Positions 1 to 13,437 of a DNA stretch of 64,000 nucleotides are shown in pieces. Both the position numbers and the translations under genes were made by a program. Within the stretch, counting starts at the first letter, position 1; each line of letters begins with the position of its first letter. The notes beneath the pieces were generated by a model. It ran no database searches and was not told the origin of the DNA. It saw only the letters and a list, made by a program, of their open reading frames with translations. The stretch comes from Macrostomum lignano (lineage: Eukaryota): contig NIVC01000493.1 in the NCBI GenBank assembly GCA_002269645.1, positions 62,001-126,000 of the forward strand, read 5' to 3'.

Positions 1-89
1 GTGACTCGATCATAAAGTTAAGGATTATAAATAAACACAAAAAAGAAACACAAAAGTGTTCAATTTGCAGCCACAGTGCCAAATTGCCA

Positions 90-2263
90 ATGTCATCCAA
101 CGATTTGAAGAGCCGCCTCAGCCGGCTGGCCCAGTCAACTGCAGCCAAGCGACCATTGCTCACCCCAGCGCAGGCACTTGAAGAGGAGGCGCGCCTATTT
201 AAGGAGCGCTATCAGGCCCTGGCTGGGGAGAGCGCCACTGCACCCAACGCTGCTAATCTGGCCATACCGACTTTCTACCAGCCGCAGCCTAAAGAGGACA
301 GCCTATTGCAGAAGAAGCTGCGCGAGGAGGCGCGCGCTCTGTTTTTGCAGCGCAAGACTAAACAGTTGTTGGATAATAATGAGCTGCAGGTGAATTCAAT
401 GCTACATCTTACTACTATCACCCCGCTGACAATTGCTTTTTATAAATAGTTTAGGGCCTAATCTGTATTTAGTAGTTGTTCTTTTGTATCTACCTTTGGT
501 TGCCTCCTTAACTATCTATACAATAGCCTTTTCTGCCCTATAAATATCGCCCCTCAAAAATGGCTCTCCTGCCGTTTAGAATTGCCATCCAGACTCTGAG
601 GACCTCCCTCCACTCTCCCTCCACTCTCCCTCAATCCCTTTAAGAATCTCCCTCCACCCCTTTAAGAATCTCCCTCCGCTCCCTTTAAGAATCTCCCTCC
701 GCTTTCTTTAAGAATCTCCCTCCGCTCCCTTTAAGAATCTCCCTCCGCTCCCTTTAAGAATCTCCCTCCGCTCCCTTTAAGAATCTCCCTCCGCTCCCTT
801 TCCACTCCCTTTAAGAATCTCCCTCCGCTCCCTTTCCACTCCCTTTAAGAATTGCCCTTTAAGAACAGGGGTCGGCAAAAAATTTACAGAGGGAATAGTC
901 AGAGGGAATAGCGAAGATAGAAGAAAGGAGAGGCTAGGGAATAAATGAGAACAGAAGAGAGACAAAAAAGGAGAGGAAAAAGAGAAGACGAAAGAAGGGA
1001 CTTGAGAGAAAGGATAAGAGATTATTAGAGAAGAGAGCTGAGAAAAGACAAAGACTTCAGAAGCCTTGCTATTGTGAAGTTCCAAAGAACCCGAGGGCGG
1101 GATAGTGAGGTCCAAAGCCCACTCCACTCCCTTTGAGAATCTACCTCCACTCGGTGAGACTTGCCCTCTATCACTCCAAGAACCGCCCCCGTCCCGTGCA
1201 GGGCCTGTGGTACCTGCTCGGCGCGCACCGGACACCACCGGACGGGCCAGAAGCCGAGCAATTGATTAACTACACGGATTTTCTCAAGGTGCGCCAGGCT
1301 GCCGGGCCAAAATGCGCGCCCTTCTTCCGACCGAGAGTGTTCGCCAAGCTGCTGCAGGACGACCCGTACGGCCGCATTAACATAATGAGCCTGTTTAACT
1401 ACATAATGAAAAAAGTGTGGCTGCACCAGACTCGAATCGGCCTATCCCTGTACGACTTCTCTGGCCAGGGTTACCTGAGAGAGACTGACCTTGAGAACTA
1501 CATTACCGAGTTAATTCCCACCTTGCCGCAGTTGAGCAAATTGGAGAAATTATTTCACAGTTTCTACGTTTGCACGGCTGTTAGAAAGTTTTTCTTCTTC
1601 TTAGACCCGCTGCGAACTGGCCGGATTAAAATCTCGGACATTCTGGCCAGTTCTTTTCTTGACGACCTGCTAGAGCTGCGAGACGAGGAACTGTCCGAGG
1701 CTGCCCAGAGCAGCAACTGGTTCAGCGCTTTGAATGCCCTGCGCGTGTACGGGACGTTTCTTAATCTGGACAAGGACGAGAACGGCATGCTGAGCAAGTC
1801 TGAGCTGGCCAAGTACGGCACTGGCACCCTCACTGAGGTGTTTCTCGATCGCCTGTTCCAGGAGTGCCTCACGTACGAGGGCGAGCTGGACTATAAGTCC
1901 TATCTGGACTTTGTGCTTGGCATGGAGAACAAGGCCGAGCCGCAGTCTCTACAATATTTCTTCCGCATACTAGACATTGACGGCTCCGGCTCGCTCACTG
2001 TCTGGACGCTGAATTTCTTCTTTCGTGGTATTCAACAGAAATTGCGCGAGCACGGCATGGAGCCGCCGAAATTGAGCGACTTGCAGAATGAAATCTTCGA
2101 CATGGTCAGGCCGGCTGATCCCTACAAGATCACTCTTGACGATCTGGTTCGCTGCGGCCAGGGCGACACTGTTGTTAATATTCTCATCGATTTGAACGGC
2201 TTCTGGAGCTACGAGAGTCGAGAAATGATTGTGGCCGATGTGCCGGAAGAGGCCGAGCTTTGA
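90..2263 (+). CDS. PPP2R3C: PP2A regulatory subunit B'' gamma (G5PR), 2 exons: 90-389, 1202-2263; 453 aa
   Basis: ATG at 90, donor CAG|GT at 389/390 and acceptor TGCAG| at 1201 join in phase 0. The product has the PPP2R3C hallmarks LQKKLREEARALFLQRK, KVWLHQTRIGLSLYD, YVCTAVRKFFFFLDPLRTG, LLELRDEELS and an EF-hand (DKDENGMLSKSEL). Family recognised from recalled sequence. Confidence 0.95.
604..864. repeat. Pyrimidine-rich 23-bp minisatellite (CTTTAAGAATCTCCCTCCGCTCC) in PPP2R3C intron
   Basis: About 10 imperfect units visible. One further degenerate unit at about 1119-1152 follows a purine-rich block. Confidence 0.85.
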
Positions 2264-2404
2264 TTCTCAGCTACAGATTCACTTTTATTGTCCACGCAAT
2301 TGGGGTGGAATGAGTTGACAATATTCTTTCGGCCCATCTTAGTAGAATCACAGGGACACCTGTTTCATGTAATGTAGTTATATGGTGTATGCATACTATT
2401 CCAT

Positions 2405-3398
2405 GAATTATCAGTAGTTTGTTACCATAGTATTACATGAATTAGGAGTGGTGTGTTACCATACTATTGCATGAATTAGGAGTGGTGTGTTACCATACTA
2501 TTGCATGAATTAGGAGTGGTGTGTTACCATACTATTGCATGAATTAGGAGTGGTGTGTTACCATAGTAATGCATGAATTAGGAGTGGTGTGTTACCATAC
2601 TATTGCATGAATTAGAAGTGGTGTGTTACCATACTATTGCATGAATTAGGAGTGGTGTGTTACCATACTATTGCATGAATTAGGGGTGGTGTGTTACCAT
2701 ACTATTGCATGAATTAGGAGTGGTGTGTTACCATAGTATTCCATGAATTAGGAGTGGTGTGTTAACATACTATTGCATGAATTAGGGGTGGTGTGTTACC
2801 ATACTATTGCATGAATTAGGAGTGGTGTGTTACCATACTATTGCATGAATTAGAAGTGGTGTGTTACCATACTATTGCATGAATTAGGAGTGGTGTGTTA
2901 CCATACTATTGCATGAATTAGGAGTGGTGTGTTACCATAGTATTCCATGAATTAGGAGTGGTGTGTTAACATACTATTGCATGAATTAGGGGTGGTGTGT
3001 TACCATACTATTGCATGAATTAGGAGTGGTGTGTTACCATACTATTGCATGAATTAGGAGTGGTGTGTTACCATACTATTGCATGAATTAGGAGTGGTGT
3101 GTTACCATACTATTGCATGAATTAGGGGTGGTGTGTTACCATACTATTGCATGAATTAGGGGTGGTGTGTTACCATACTATTGCATGAATTAGAAGTGGT
3201 GTGTTACCATACTATTGCATGAATTAGGGGTGGTGTGTTACCATACTATTGCATGAATTAGGAGTGGTGTGTTACCATACTATTGCATGAATTAGGAGTG
3301 GTGTGTTACCATACTATTGCATGAATTAGGAGTGGTGTGTTACCATACTATTGCATGAATTAGGAGTGGTGTGTTACCATACTATTGCATGAATTAGG
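2405..3398. repeat. 34-bp minisatellite (GAATTAGGAGTGGTGTGTTACCATACTATTGCAT), about 29 copies
   Basis: Period of 34 measured directly (GAATTAGG at 2439 and 2473). Units are highly homogeneous. Confidence 0.95.
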
Positions 3399-6092
3399 TA
3401 TGACCATTCGACTGTAATATGCCAATTTTAGTCTTATCAGTCTTACACTACTGTAAAATAATTAGTATACAATTTTTTTGCCGTCCCAACTCCATTGAGT
3501 TTTTATTTACCGATCATTCTTACACTGCATGCTGTCTGTATATGTAATATTTTAATTCAAAGGCTGGCCTTTGTGCTAAACTTAGATCTGCTACTTTTTT
3601 AACCTCGCGGTGATCGTTTGGGTCTTTTTATTTTTCTTGCAATCTGCATGTGCTCTTAACTGCAACTTTTATTTAGACAATTCGCTTTGTCGCGGCTATT
3701 TTACTTTATTAATTCGATTTTGCTTTTAACTATTAAATAAATAGCTGAATGCTTAAACGGAGTATATCTCTGCTGGCATCAATTGAGATGGCTGGCTTTG
3801 TTTGACTGTGGTAAGTACATTGTTTACTGCGTTGTTTTAAATCTCAATTCAGTTTAGCGTTCAATGAAGTTTATTAATTTAAGAATCGCTAATAAACCTC
3901 TCAAATTCTAGATATAAAAGCATTCAAAATATTAATGCATTCAGCTAAGCTTAGTTTAGATAGTGCAGTACATGTGTAGTGTATTTTAGTCAGTATGCCC
4001 TCATGCATGTATTTTCAAAACCACACCGAGGTCAACTTATTTTGTTATAGCATTGCCCTTTTGTTATAGCACCAACTGTCCTGCTCTGTAGTTTTGTTCC
4101 AGTTCAGTACGTTGAAGATCATTCCATTGACAACCGTGCAATTACGGAACACATACCTGCACATGTACATGAGGGTTGTTGATTAGGTCTTGCTCAGCTG
4201 TATTTAGCGGTTTGAATATGCGCACGTGAGTTCACAGGTTTTATACGTATACTGTGTTAAAAAGCAAATTGAACCATTTCCATACATGTGATTGTAAGCA
4301 TAACATAATTTACTAAAGGATCAAAGCCACTACGTGCGTGTCGCTACATGAACGGTTAAATGCGCGCCCTTATGTTCCAACAATAATTAACCAAGGACCA
4401 CTAGAATTAAGTTACCGTTATATCAACGGTAAACTTCTAGCTTCTAAGTCCTTGTAATTAACATACTTGCCCTGATCGACAACAATCAACAAAAAATGCA
4501 GTATACATCATCTAAACACTAACGACTGAACCTATTATTATGCTATTAGTATTTACGCTTAGTAACGATTTACAAATTTGCATGTCTACGATGCCAATAG
4601 CCAACTGCTTAAGTAGTCTAGCTCGTATAATAGATATATTAACTTCCAGACTCAATAAAATTAGTTTTTGAGTCCACAAATAGTAAATAATGTTAATTAT
4701 AAAAGCAGCTTAATTTTTCCGAAATATTTTTCTTTGTTTTGTCGCGTAGGAATCTAGGCACGCTTAATCTATATTTCAGTTTATCAAACCGAAATGAATT
4801 TCGAATTCGTGTTAATGCAACAGGAAGGAATTAGTAAAAATTGTCTAGTGACGGACGTAGAGGGCTTGAACTCATATTGGAATTTCATATATTTGATTTT
4901 AAGCATCTAATAACTATCGTTTCACATGTTTTATGATTTTTGTGAGCAACGTAAAACGTATGACTATTAAACTAAGCCATGTAGCTTTAGAGTCTAGGTC
5001 TAGGATAGGATCCAGCCATTTTATGATTTAACTTGATGGATGGAAGGTTGTTGTTTAATATGAAATTTAACAAAAATAAATTAGCCTTCAATCATAACGT
5101 TATTTATTAGTGAGCATATCCATTGCAGTAATGGCTGGCACTGGAGCAATGAACCCCACTTTTTTCATGACAATAAGGCCATGCCAGGCATGCCTTATTG
5201 TTGTTAACTGTATATGTATACTATATACTGGAAACTTTAATTTTTATTTTAGTCTTTTTTATCAAGCCTACTGGCCTCATCACTTGTTGAAACGTTCCTA
5301 TATCTGAAATTTAAAATGCACTTCATTTAGTTTGTTATTTATGCATATATGTAAGCAGGATATTGTATGGTTGAGCTGAAATTATTTTTGAAGAAGTCAT
5401 AATAAACCACTGAAACTAGCAAAAAATTCTACCTAAATTTAGCACTTTAGAAGAAAAAAATTGGCCTATATATCATTTACTGCACTAAAATATTTCATGA
5501 ATAAATTTAGAAGAATTACAGAATTTTTCAGAGTTCCCTAAATCATAGAGTTGACTTCTTGAGTCCTTTCTATAGTTTGAAATAAAAATTTTAATGTCAA
5601 CTATACATTTACACAATAGTTGCTATTTAAATCCTCAAAATCATAATTTTGAACTAAAAAACTTTTTTAAAGAAAGTTGTCTCTTCAAGGATTTGCATTG
5701 CTAAAATCTCAGTAAAAATGAGTCCTTCAGTTGGGCTAAAACTTCTTGGTATTGATAAAAAGTAGGTAGACACGGGAGATATTATATTTAAAGGATGTTC
5801 GTCGACGACTGCTATTTTTGCTATTTTGCTATATGCAATTTTAATGCTTGTATGTTTGCAAAACATTTGCGAATTTTTTTCATTAGTTTCTGCACAGTAA
5901 TGAATTTATAAATCATAATATACCTTGCCGGTACTTATTAATAAACTTTGCCAATACTAACTTCATACACGTTGTATACATGGTGTACTTTTATGCATAC
6001 AATTATAAGCACATGAGGACCCACTCCATCTTCAATAACAAAACTGCGACCTTCGTATCTCCGCAGTCCTGCAGACCAACCGCCTAGCCAGA

Positions 6093-7969
6093 ATGCCTGT
6101 CGCTGACCTCAACAGCTGGCTGGCAGAGTACCAGCGCCTCATCAACTCTGACAGTCCGCTGGACGCAATCCGCGAGTTCGCCTCCCGCAGCCGAGCTGAC
6201 TTGGCCCTGTTCGACGCTCTGGAGCAGCGCCTGGATGCCTGCCAGGACCACCGCCTGGCTGAGCCCGTCTGCTCCCGCCTGTTTGAGTTCTTCAAGCACC
6301 CCGAGCCGCAGCTGCATCGCCTGACAGTGGAGATGCTGCCCTGCCTCATCGTTGCCTACCTCCGCGCTGTCCACCGCCGCCAGTGGCTGGCCCTGTCCGA
6401 CGACGAGGCGGCGGCGGCCGACTGGGTGCGCTGGTACGACCTGATGGAGACCCTCGTGCTCGGCCTGTACAACCTGAGTGTGGCCGAGCCGGCCTCCGCC
6501 AGCTCCGCCGACCAGCTGGCGTCGGTGCCCGGCCTCGGCCGGTCTTCGATCTACCATTCGGCCGCGGCTCGGCCCGGCCAGAGGAACTGGGCTCGCCTGC
6601 GCCAGTGGCCGCGCCGTCCGGCCAGCCGGATTCACCACGAGAATCGGCAGGCCGTGCTGGCCCAGCTGATGGGGGTGTACACAGACCGGCTGCTTGGACT
6701 GTCCGAGCGGAGCCTGCGCTCCTGTCTGGCCGCAGTTGGCCAGCTGTGCGACCTGGACGGCCAAGGTCGGATGCGTCTGGTAGTTGATCAGGTTTGTCGG
6801 ATTGTGCCGGTTGTACTGGGCTTTGAGTTCGTCTTCTGATGGTGCAACAATATTTCGAAGCACAACTTCTTAGAGCTGGGCCATTGGTCACATGGGCTGG
6901 TAGCTCCACAGAATGGTCAGCTCGTAGATTCTATTTGTAGCAGAGGATTGTTACTTACTATTGGCGGGGGCGCAGGTGCCAATACCCAAAGGTAAAAGAA
7001 ACTATGGTTTAATCTTGTTAGAAGAGGCATCGGCGACCATCATCCGGCCGGTATCTCAGACAAAGGCACGAAGATCACGGATGTTGTCCGGGATGGTCAG
7101 CTCGTCCATCCGCTGGTGGTGGCCGAGGTGCTTGCGCCGCGCCGCATTGAAGTTAGTACAGAGATTTTTGTTGACCAGACTAGGATATAACGGTTGTGAA
7201 TTTTCGCGTTTGTGAAACCACCCCTGCAATCCACCCTCTTTACTACGGGTTTGACTTTCGTTTTTAAGCTACTTTCCTTCCGATTTTCAAAGCTGGCCTT
7301 GGGTTTTTTGTGCTGTTCACGTTCACGGCTGCATACGCAGGGGACAGTGAACTAGGCATACCTGCTTAGCCCAGAAGCCTCCCTGCGGCTAGCCAACTAA
7401 TAGCTGAAATCCTTCCGCCCCGACAGACTCTGCTGTTGCAGTGCGTCCACGCTGCCTACGCTGTGATGCACAGCCGGCAGGGCGTCCCGGCCCCCGGCAC
7501 GGACGGCGGCACCCTGGATAATCTGGCTAGTCGGGCCCTGCTGCAGCTGCGCGCCCGCGCCGAATACGAGCTCTTCTCGGACGTGCTCCTGGTGGTTAAC
7601 GCCATCTTGAGTCCTCACAGCCGCCTCGGCCAGGAGGTGGGCGCCTTTGGCGTCTCTCTGACCCCGCAGCAGCCTCTGCCGGATGCTTCGTCGGCGCTCA
7701 ACGGTAAACGGCTCGTCACCAACGCCAGCTTCCGGATCCAGCACCTACCCGAGGACATCGACAGGCGTTCATCGTCGGCGACGACCGCCCGCGCGGATGT
7801 CCACAACGAAGTCGACGGCAATGACCACGATGAAGATGGCGAAGATGCTGTGTTGGGCAACGGTGGCACCGCGGGTGCGCTCCCCAAAGTGACTGTCGAA
7901 TTGGTTGACGCGAACGGGGAGGCCAGCGGCGATGAGTGGCAGCTGGCGTCGGAAGAGGCGCCATTGTGA
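6093..7969 (+). CDS. FAM126: Hyccin/FAM126 family protein (PI4KIII-alpha complex subunit); exons 6093-6779 (or -6791) and about 7427-7969
   Basis: Family motifs: [66 protein letters not shown]. Two possible phase-0 donors (GT at 6780 or 6792) and acceptor CGACAG| at 7426. Exact junction uncertain. Confidence 0.85.
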
Positions 7970-8694
7970 GGGCGAACGGGCGGCGAGAGTTGGAATCTTC
8001 CATCCATCACGATATTTTTGCACCGCATTGCATAGTTGAATTTCGCTGTTTGCGCGAGGCCATCATTCTCTCCTATAAAAAGCCAAAGCAACATTTTCAT
8101 AGAGCTGTTGAAAATTTTTCTTTGTATACAAAAGCATACAGCTGTGATGTTTTATAGAACTGTTTTTTTTACTTTGTTTTAAATTAATTTTAGAATTTTC
8201 ATTACTGGGATTATTTATCGTTGCTATATGTTGCGTTTGTGTCTTTCTATTCCTTATGACGTTTACTGAGAACTTCTTTATGCATGTAAAGTTCCTGTAC
8301 AATTGTACATCGACCCTGCGTGCCTTTGCTAGCTTGATTCTTCATCGATTGAAAGACGCTGTGACCCTCTCTTTTAGCTCAAATTTTCTTAGTACCTAAT
8401 AGTTGACTTGGCACTACAGTTATTGAAAATTAAAGCTTTTAAATGGCCAACAATTAAAATTTAAAATTGCACACAAAATGCAGAACTCTATTCTGTTTTA
8501 TTAAAACAGAGAATCTCATAATTATTTTTTTCTTGCTTAAAATGATTCGCTAAAGAGAGGCAAGTTGTGGTTGCCTGACTGAAAACCAGTTCCATGCTCT
8601 GCAGTTGTCGCATTCTCTGCACAATTTTATTTTCAAAACTTGTCGCTATTTAACATAAAACTGAAGCACTATAACTTCTCAGCTGGTTGCCGAT

Positions 8695-9492
8695 TTAGGA
8701 GTCCAGGCGGCCCTCCAGCTCCAAGCAGAGGACGTTGCCGTTGGCGTCCCTGAACTCGCCCTTGGCCTGGTACTCGCCCTGTACAGCGCGCGGCGAGAGA
8801 ATGGGGAGTTGTTTTGTATGCAGGCTTTGATTTTACAGATTAGAACGGATTTCAGACGATAGGCGCGTGTACTTACGGACACCAGCCAGGCCAGGGGACC
8901 GGGAATCTGCGGCAGGGTGATGGACTGATCCAGATTGATCTGCTGCTGCGGAATGCCGGAGCACACATCCGGGATGGGGATGTCGTTGAGCAGAGCCTCT
9001 AGCAGCTGGCAGCCGTTGTCGTAGGTGCAGCTTCCGTAGCCTGTTTATATAGAATGACGTTTAAGGTTCGCGTTATGGCAGTGCCGTCAAACTCGAGCTG
9101 AGTTCGTTCCGAACTTACCGGCCAGGCATGGGATCGGCACCCAGAATCCCAGAGTCTTGCGCTTGAGCGACAGCTTGAAGTCGGAGTTGCCAACGTCGCG
9201 GCTGACACTGCCCCTGACGCTGACGGTGAAGGTGAAGCCCTCCTGGGCCTTGACCGGGTAGGGTTGAACGCCAACAAAGCTGACGCGTGCAGCGTGGCCG
9301 CTGCCACCTGTTGAATGGAGATTGAAACCGATTGAACACCAAATAGCCTACTTTTCCTAAGTAGAATAGAGTGATATCTAAATAAACATCTCAAATAGAT
9401 GCCTACGCATCTCACTCACCGCAGTCGTTGTACTTCAGCTGGGCGTAGGCGCTGGAGCACAGAGCGAGAAGAAGAATAGCCACTGCCTTCAT
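8695..9492 (-). CDS. Secreted GM2-activator-like ML-domain lipid-binding protein; exons 9492-9420, 9307-9119, 9040-8877, 8778-8695
   Basis: Signal peptide MKAVAILLLALCSSAYA. GM2A-type segments KRKTLGFWVPIPCLAGYGSCTYDNGC, LPQIPGPLAWLVSGEYQAK and terminal LCLE. All introns are GT-AG with matching phases. Confidence 0.85.
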
Positions 9493-11322
9493 TGTTGCGT
9501 TCGGATGATTGCTGTATTAATTGCTGATTCGCTATTTATGACGCGACTGTTTTACAAAGCAGCAGATTTATAGTAGCGGAAGCATGTCTGTAGTTGGCGG
9601 AGTGGGTGGCGGGGTTGGGCCTCGTATTGCTCCTGCGACCGGCACAGTTGCTTTGGCACACCTGGCAGGTTCGCAACCTGCGCTTCGGAGACTCGTAACT
9701 TTTATGGCGAGTACGAAAAGATAGGAAGATTGGAAGTTCCGATAGTGCAAAGATTTGCGCGTCGCCGCAGATACTCGTATTGCCGAATGAAAGGGAACAA
9801 GAAGCATGCAGTTTATCACAAAATTTTCTGTTGGATTATTGCAGGTGCGTGGTAAAACATGTCTGTTGCAGAACCGAGTACTAATTTGGCGTTCTACGAG
9901 ATATGGTTTGAACTTAAGTGCCTCGTCAGCAGTATGCTTGCACAATTGCGTCTAAAAAGCCTTGACGCACTGTTGAAATTTGTTGCTGTCGGTGCTGCTG
10001 TCTTTTCGACGCTTTTAGCCCCGCATAGCTCGTAAGTTCTTTTGTTCCTAATTGCTTCCGACGAACAGAGAGAGTCGGCAGAAACTAAGGAGCAAATACT
10101 AAATGGATGCTTTGTTTTAAATCGAACTGTGCAAAGAAACTAAGATTGAAGGTGCAATATAACCCAACCGTATTGAAACCCGTTTGGATAAGTCTCATAC
10201 TGAGGTATTCCGCCCTTGGCATAACCTGCCAAACTAGCGTCTTCCCAATTGCATTCTACTGGAATTCCTGGCTAGAAGGAGAGGCAAGCAAGCTGGCAGG
10301 GCCTGCTTTGCCAGTTCGTTTCCAAACTGTCGAGAAATGGAGAGGCAGATGGCAATTGCAAAGTGCGGCCTAGCACTATGGCCGATGGCAAAGGATGCAT
10401 TTCAGCTGCCGGACGCAAAAAAATCAATTTCGTCAGAATGTACATCGGCTCGCAGCAGGCGTCGCATTTCCAACCTTACCTTCCTATCTTTGCACTTGAA
10501 AGTTTGGCATTTGCCGAACTAGAGAGAAACCTTCGTCTGCGTGGTCCCCTTTCCCAGCTACCAACCCTCTATAGACGAAGGGGAACGCAGAAAGCGGGGG
10601 CGGGATGCCCTGCAATCCTTTCCCGAGCTGCGCGGATCGATGAAATCTAGTGGAGTGGGAAAAGCAGCGAATTGCTGTCCGAATTTCGCCTGAAAGTTTA
10701 TTGACCTTGGGCGCTTTGAACTGCTGGTCCTGTTGGCTAAGTTATCCAGTCTGGGTATCCATGCCTCAAATTCCTACATGTGCTGTATGTGCTGTACCGT
10801 CTGGTGGAGCTATACAAAATCAAAATGCCAAGGACCAGAGAGAGAGAGAGAGAGAGAGAGTGAAAGCAAAGAAGACACTCCCACTAGGTCAGGTTGGGCT
10901 GAATAAATCAGACCGAGAAGAATGAACCTGATTGCGCCAAAAACACAAAAAAGGCCAACTGCTGACCCGGGCGCGCTCGTATCCATTTACAGCCTATGTA
11001 CAGTATTCGCACGCTCCAACCTGCATCAGGGGTGAGAGAAAGTACAGTGCGCGCTAAAAGACTAGCGAGAAAGCGAAAGTGTTGTGTCCAATGTCCAAAA
11101 GTGAAGCGAGCGAACGCAGCCGCGAGAAATAGGGGGTGGGATCAGGTACGAGGATGCGAGGACAGAGGGCAGTTGGTGACAGGGGGGTTTGCGGGCTGGT
11201 GAAGGCATAAAACGTCGAACGCAACGCAACGCTCTACCGCACCCTCGTTCTATCAACGTCTCTACGTATCTCTCCTTGTCGCACTCTCATTTCACTCACT
11301 CGCCCTCTCGGTGACCGCAGCC

Positions 11323-12292
11323 ATGCCGTTCAAGCCAGTAGAGCACCCGAAGTGCCCGAAGTGCAATAAGGCGGTCTACGCAGCCGAGGAGAAACTTGCC
11401 GCCGGCAAGAAGTGGCACAAGCAGTGCCTGAAGTGCGGTGAGTGCCTTGCATTTAGTGTGCACGCATATAAATAAATATTCTTACAACTGAAAGCGACAA
11501 ATTCCACTAATCTGCTTTTGCAGGTCTCTGCAACAAGTTTCTGGAGAGCACCACCATCGCCGAGCACGATGGCGACATCTACTGCAAGCAGTGCCATGGT
11601 CGCAAGTACGGACCGAAGGGCTACGGCTTCGGCGGTGGCGCCGGCGCTCTGAACATGGACAGCGGGAAGCACCTGGGCAACACGGAGACTGTGTCCAACA
11701 AGCCGACTGGCCAGGGCTCGGCGATGGGCGGCGCCGTCGTGCCCGTCAGCGAGGGCGGCTGCCCGCGCTGCGGCAAGAGAGTCTACGATGCCGAGAAGGC
11801 GATCGACTGCCCGTCTGGAGTGAGTGCGCCTGACTGTTGGTATCGTTGGGTTCGAAATCTTTTGTCAGGAGGAATAATCTTGACTATGCAAGCGGGACTG
11901 CGAGAGGCACCTGGGCAGCACCAACTAGCGAATAAACCGCCTCAATCCCATTCTTTATTCGATGTAAATTTATACAGTTTAAATATTTTCTATTTGTAAC
12001 AAAACTCTCACCTCGGTTGCTCCAGATCAACTTCCACAAGAGCTGCTTCCGCTGCAAGGAGTGCGGCACAGGCCTGGACAGCACCAAGCTGTGCAACACC
12101 AAGGACGAAATCTACTGCAAGGGTGAGCAGAAAAGTTTTATTTCTACAAAGTCTTCCGACTCCTAAGAATTTCACGTTCCGAGTTTAATTTATCCCTCAA
12201 CCGCACCGAATCGAACAGCCTGCTACGGCAAGAACTTCGGCCCCAAAGGAGTCGGTTTTGGCCAGGGCGCCGGCGCTTTGAGCACCGCCTGA
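11323..12292 (+). CDS. CSRP: Cysteine- and glycine-rich two-LIM protein (CSRP/muscle LIM protein); exons 11323-11437, 11524-11819, 12026-12122, 12219-12292; 193 aa
   Basis: Two LIM domains (CPKC...HKQCLKC..C...YCKQC; CPRC...HKSCFRC..C...YCKAC), each followed by a GPKG(Y/V)GFG glycine-rich tail. Splice phases are consistent. Confidence 0.93.
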
Positions 12293-13437
12293 ACGGAACC
12301 GCCTGTTGCGGGCCTGCGGACGCTCCCGGGAACTAAAGACCGGCTTGTGTAACGATGCTATGTCGTAATCCATTTGTAACCGCCCGCCTTCCGCTTCTCA
12401 GCTCTGCACGCATATTAGCACACAATAGACAAACAGCTGTCCAGAAGGTGCCGCCGTTTTCTTCCAAGCAAAACTGCGAATGCAAATCGCATAAAAAACA
12501 CAAAAATAACTGCTTATTATTAGAGCATGCAACATTTGTTTAAGTTTTATCAATATTTTCAAGCAAAAATTTGGTTTTCGTTGTGCTATCACGCAATTTA
12601 TTAATATGCTTTATCATTTTTATGGTGTCAGTTGCATGGACAGCTGAAGCAGAAGAAGGGTAACATTCGGGTTTCTTAGAAACGACCTCGAGGTTGGCAA
12701 AGACAAATTTTTCGTATTGCTAGTGCAGTTGGTATGCTCTGAAGAAATTTTTTGCATGGATTTTTCTCGATGACCGACTTTGTCACTATGGCGTTTCTAA
12801 GAAAATCGAGTGTAGCCGTCCTACTTCAGTAGTCCATTGGTCAGTGCATGCAGGGCCGCTCACTCTTACTGCCTGGGCGCAACCTTTAAAGCCATGAGTT
12901 CATTACAAAAGTTTAATACTCGCGCTAGCTACTGCTCGGAATACTGTTCAGTAATATCTGATATTTTCAAGACATCAATTTTATTCAAGAAAATTAACAT
13001 TAGTTTTTTTCTTTCTATAGGTAAGCCTTTTTGTAACGGCGTTCGCATAGCAAAAGATAAAATCTTTAGAATTTGTACAACGCTTCATTATACTCAATTC
13101 TACAATTCTACTAATAAATATAAAGCAATTCTAAGCTTATAGAATTTGAACACACTAGTTGCTACTGCAGTTCATATTAGTAGTATGCCTTGCCTATTTT
13201 TGTTTATTATTATTGCGCCGGATTTGCGAAGAGGCCTAGAAGTACTTTGATGCGCGCGCCTATAGCTAGCTATTAATAAGCCCAGCGGACTGTTTTGGCT
13301 GCCCTTGGAGGCGTGTAAGGTTCAGTTAGTGCAACTATTCAGTCCGACACACAGCCCAATGCAACCGGATGACCATGCAGAGTTTATTGGGAGAGCAGAG
13401 GTACTTCGGGGGCCATTCATCACAGTATAGCACAGCA

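Noticed and set aside
84-449. ORF-track 121-aa and 376-aa ORFs (84-449, 1133-2263) as separate genes
   Set aside because: They are the two exons of PPP2R3C with intronic read-through; the track starts are TTG codons.
2405-3398. CRISPR array (34-bp repeat; likewise 21101-21625)
   Set aside because: Units are head-to-tail with no unique spacers; eukaryotic context and no cas genes.
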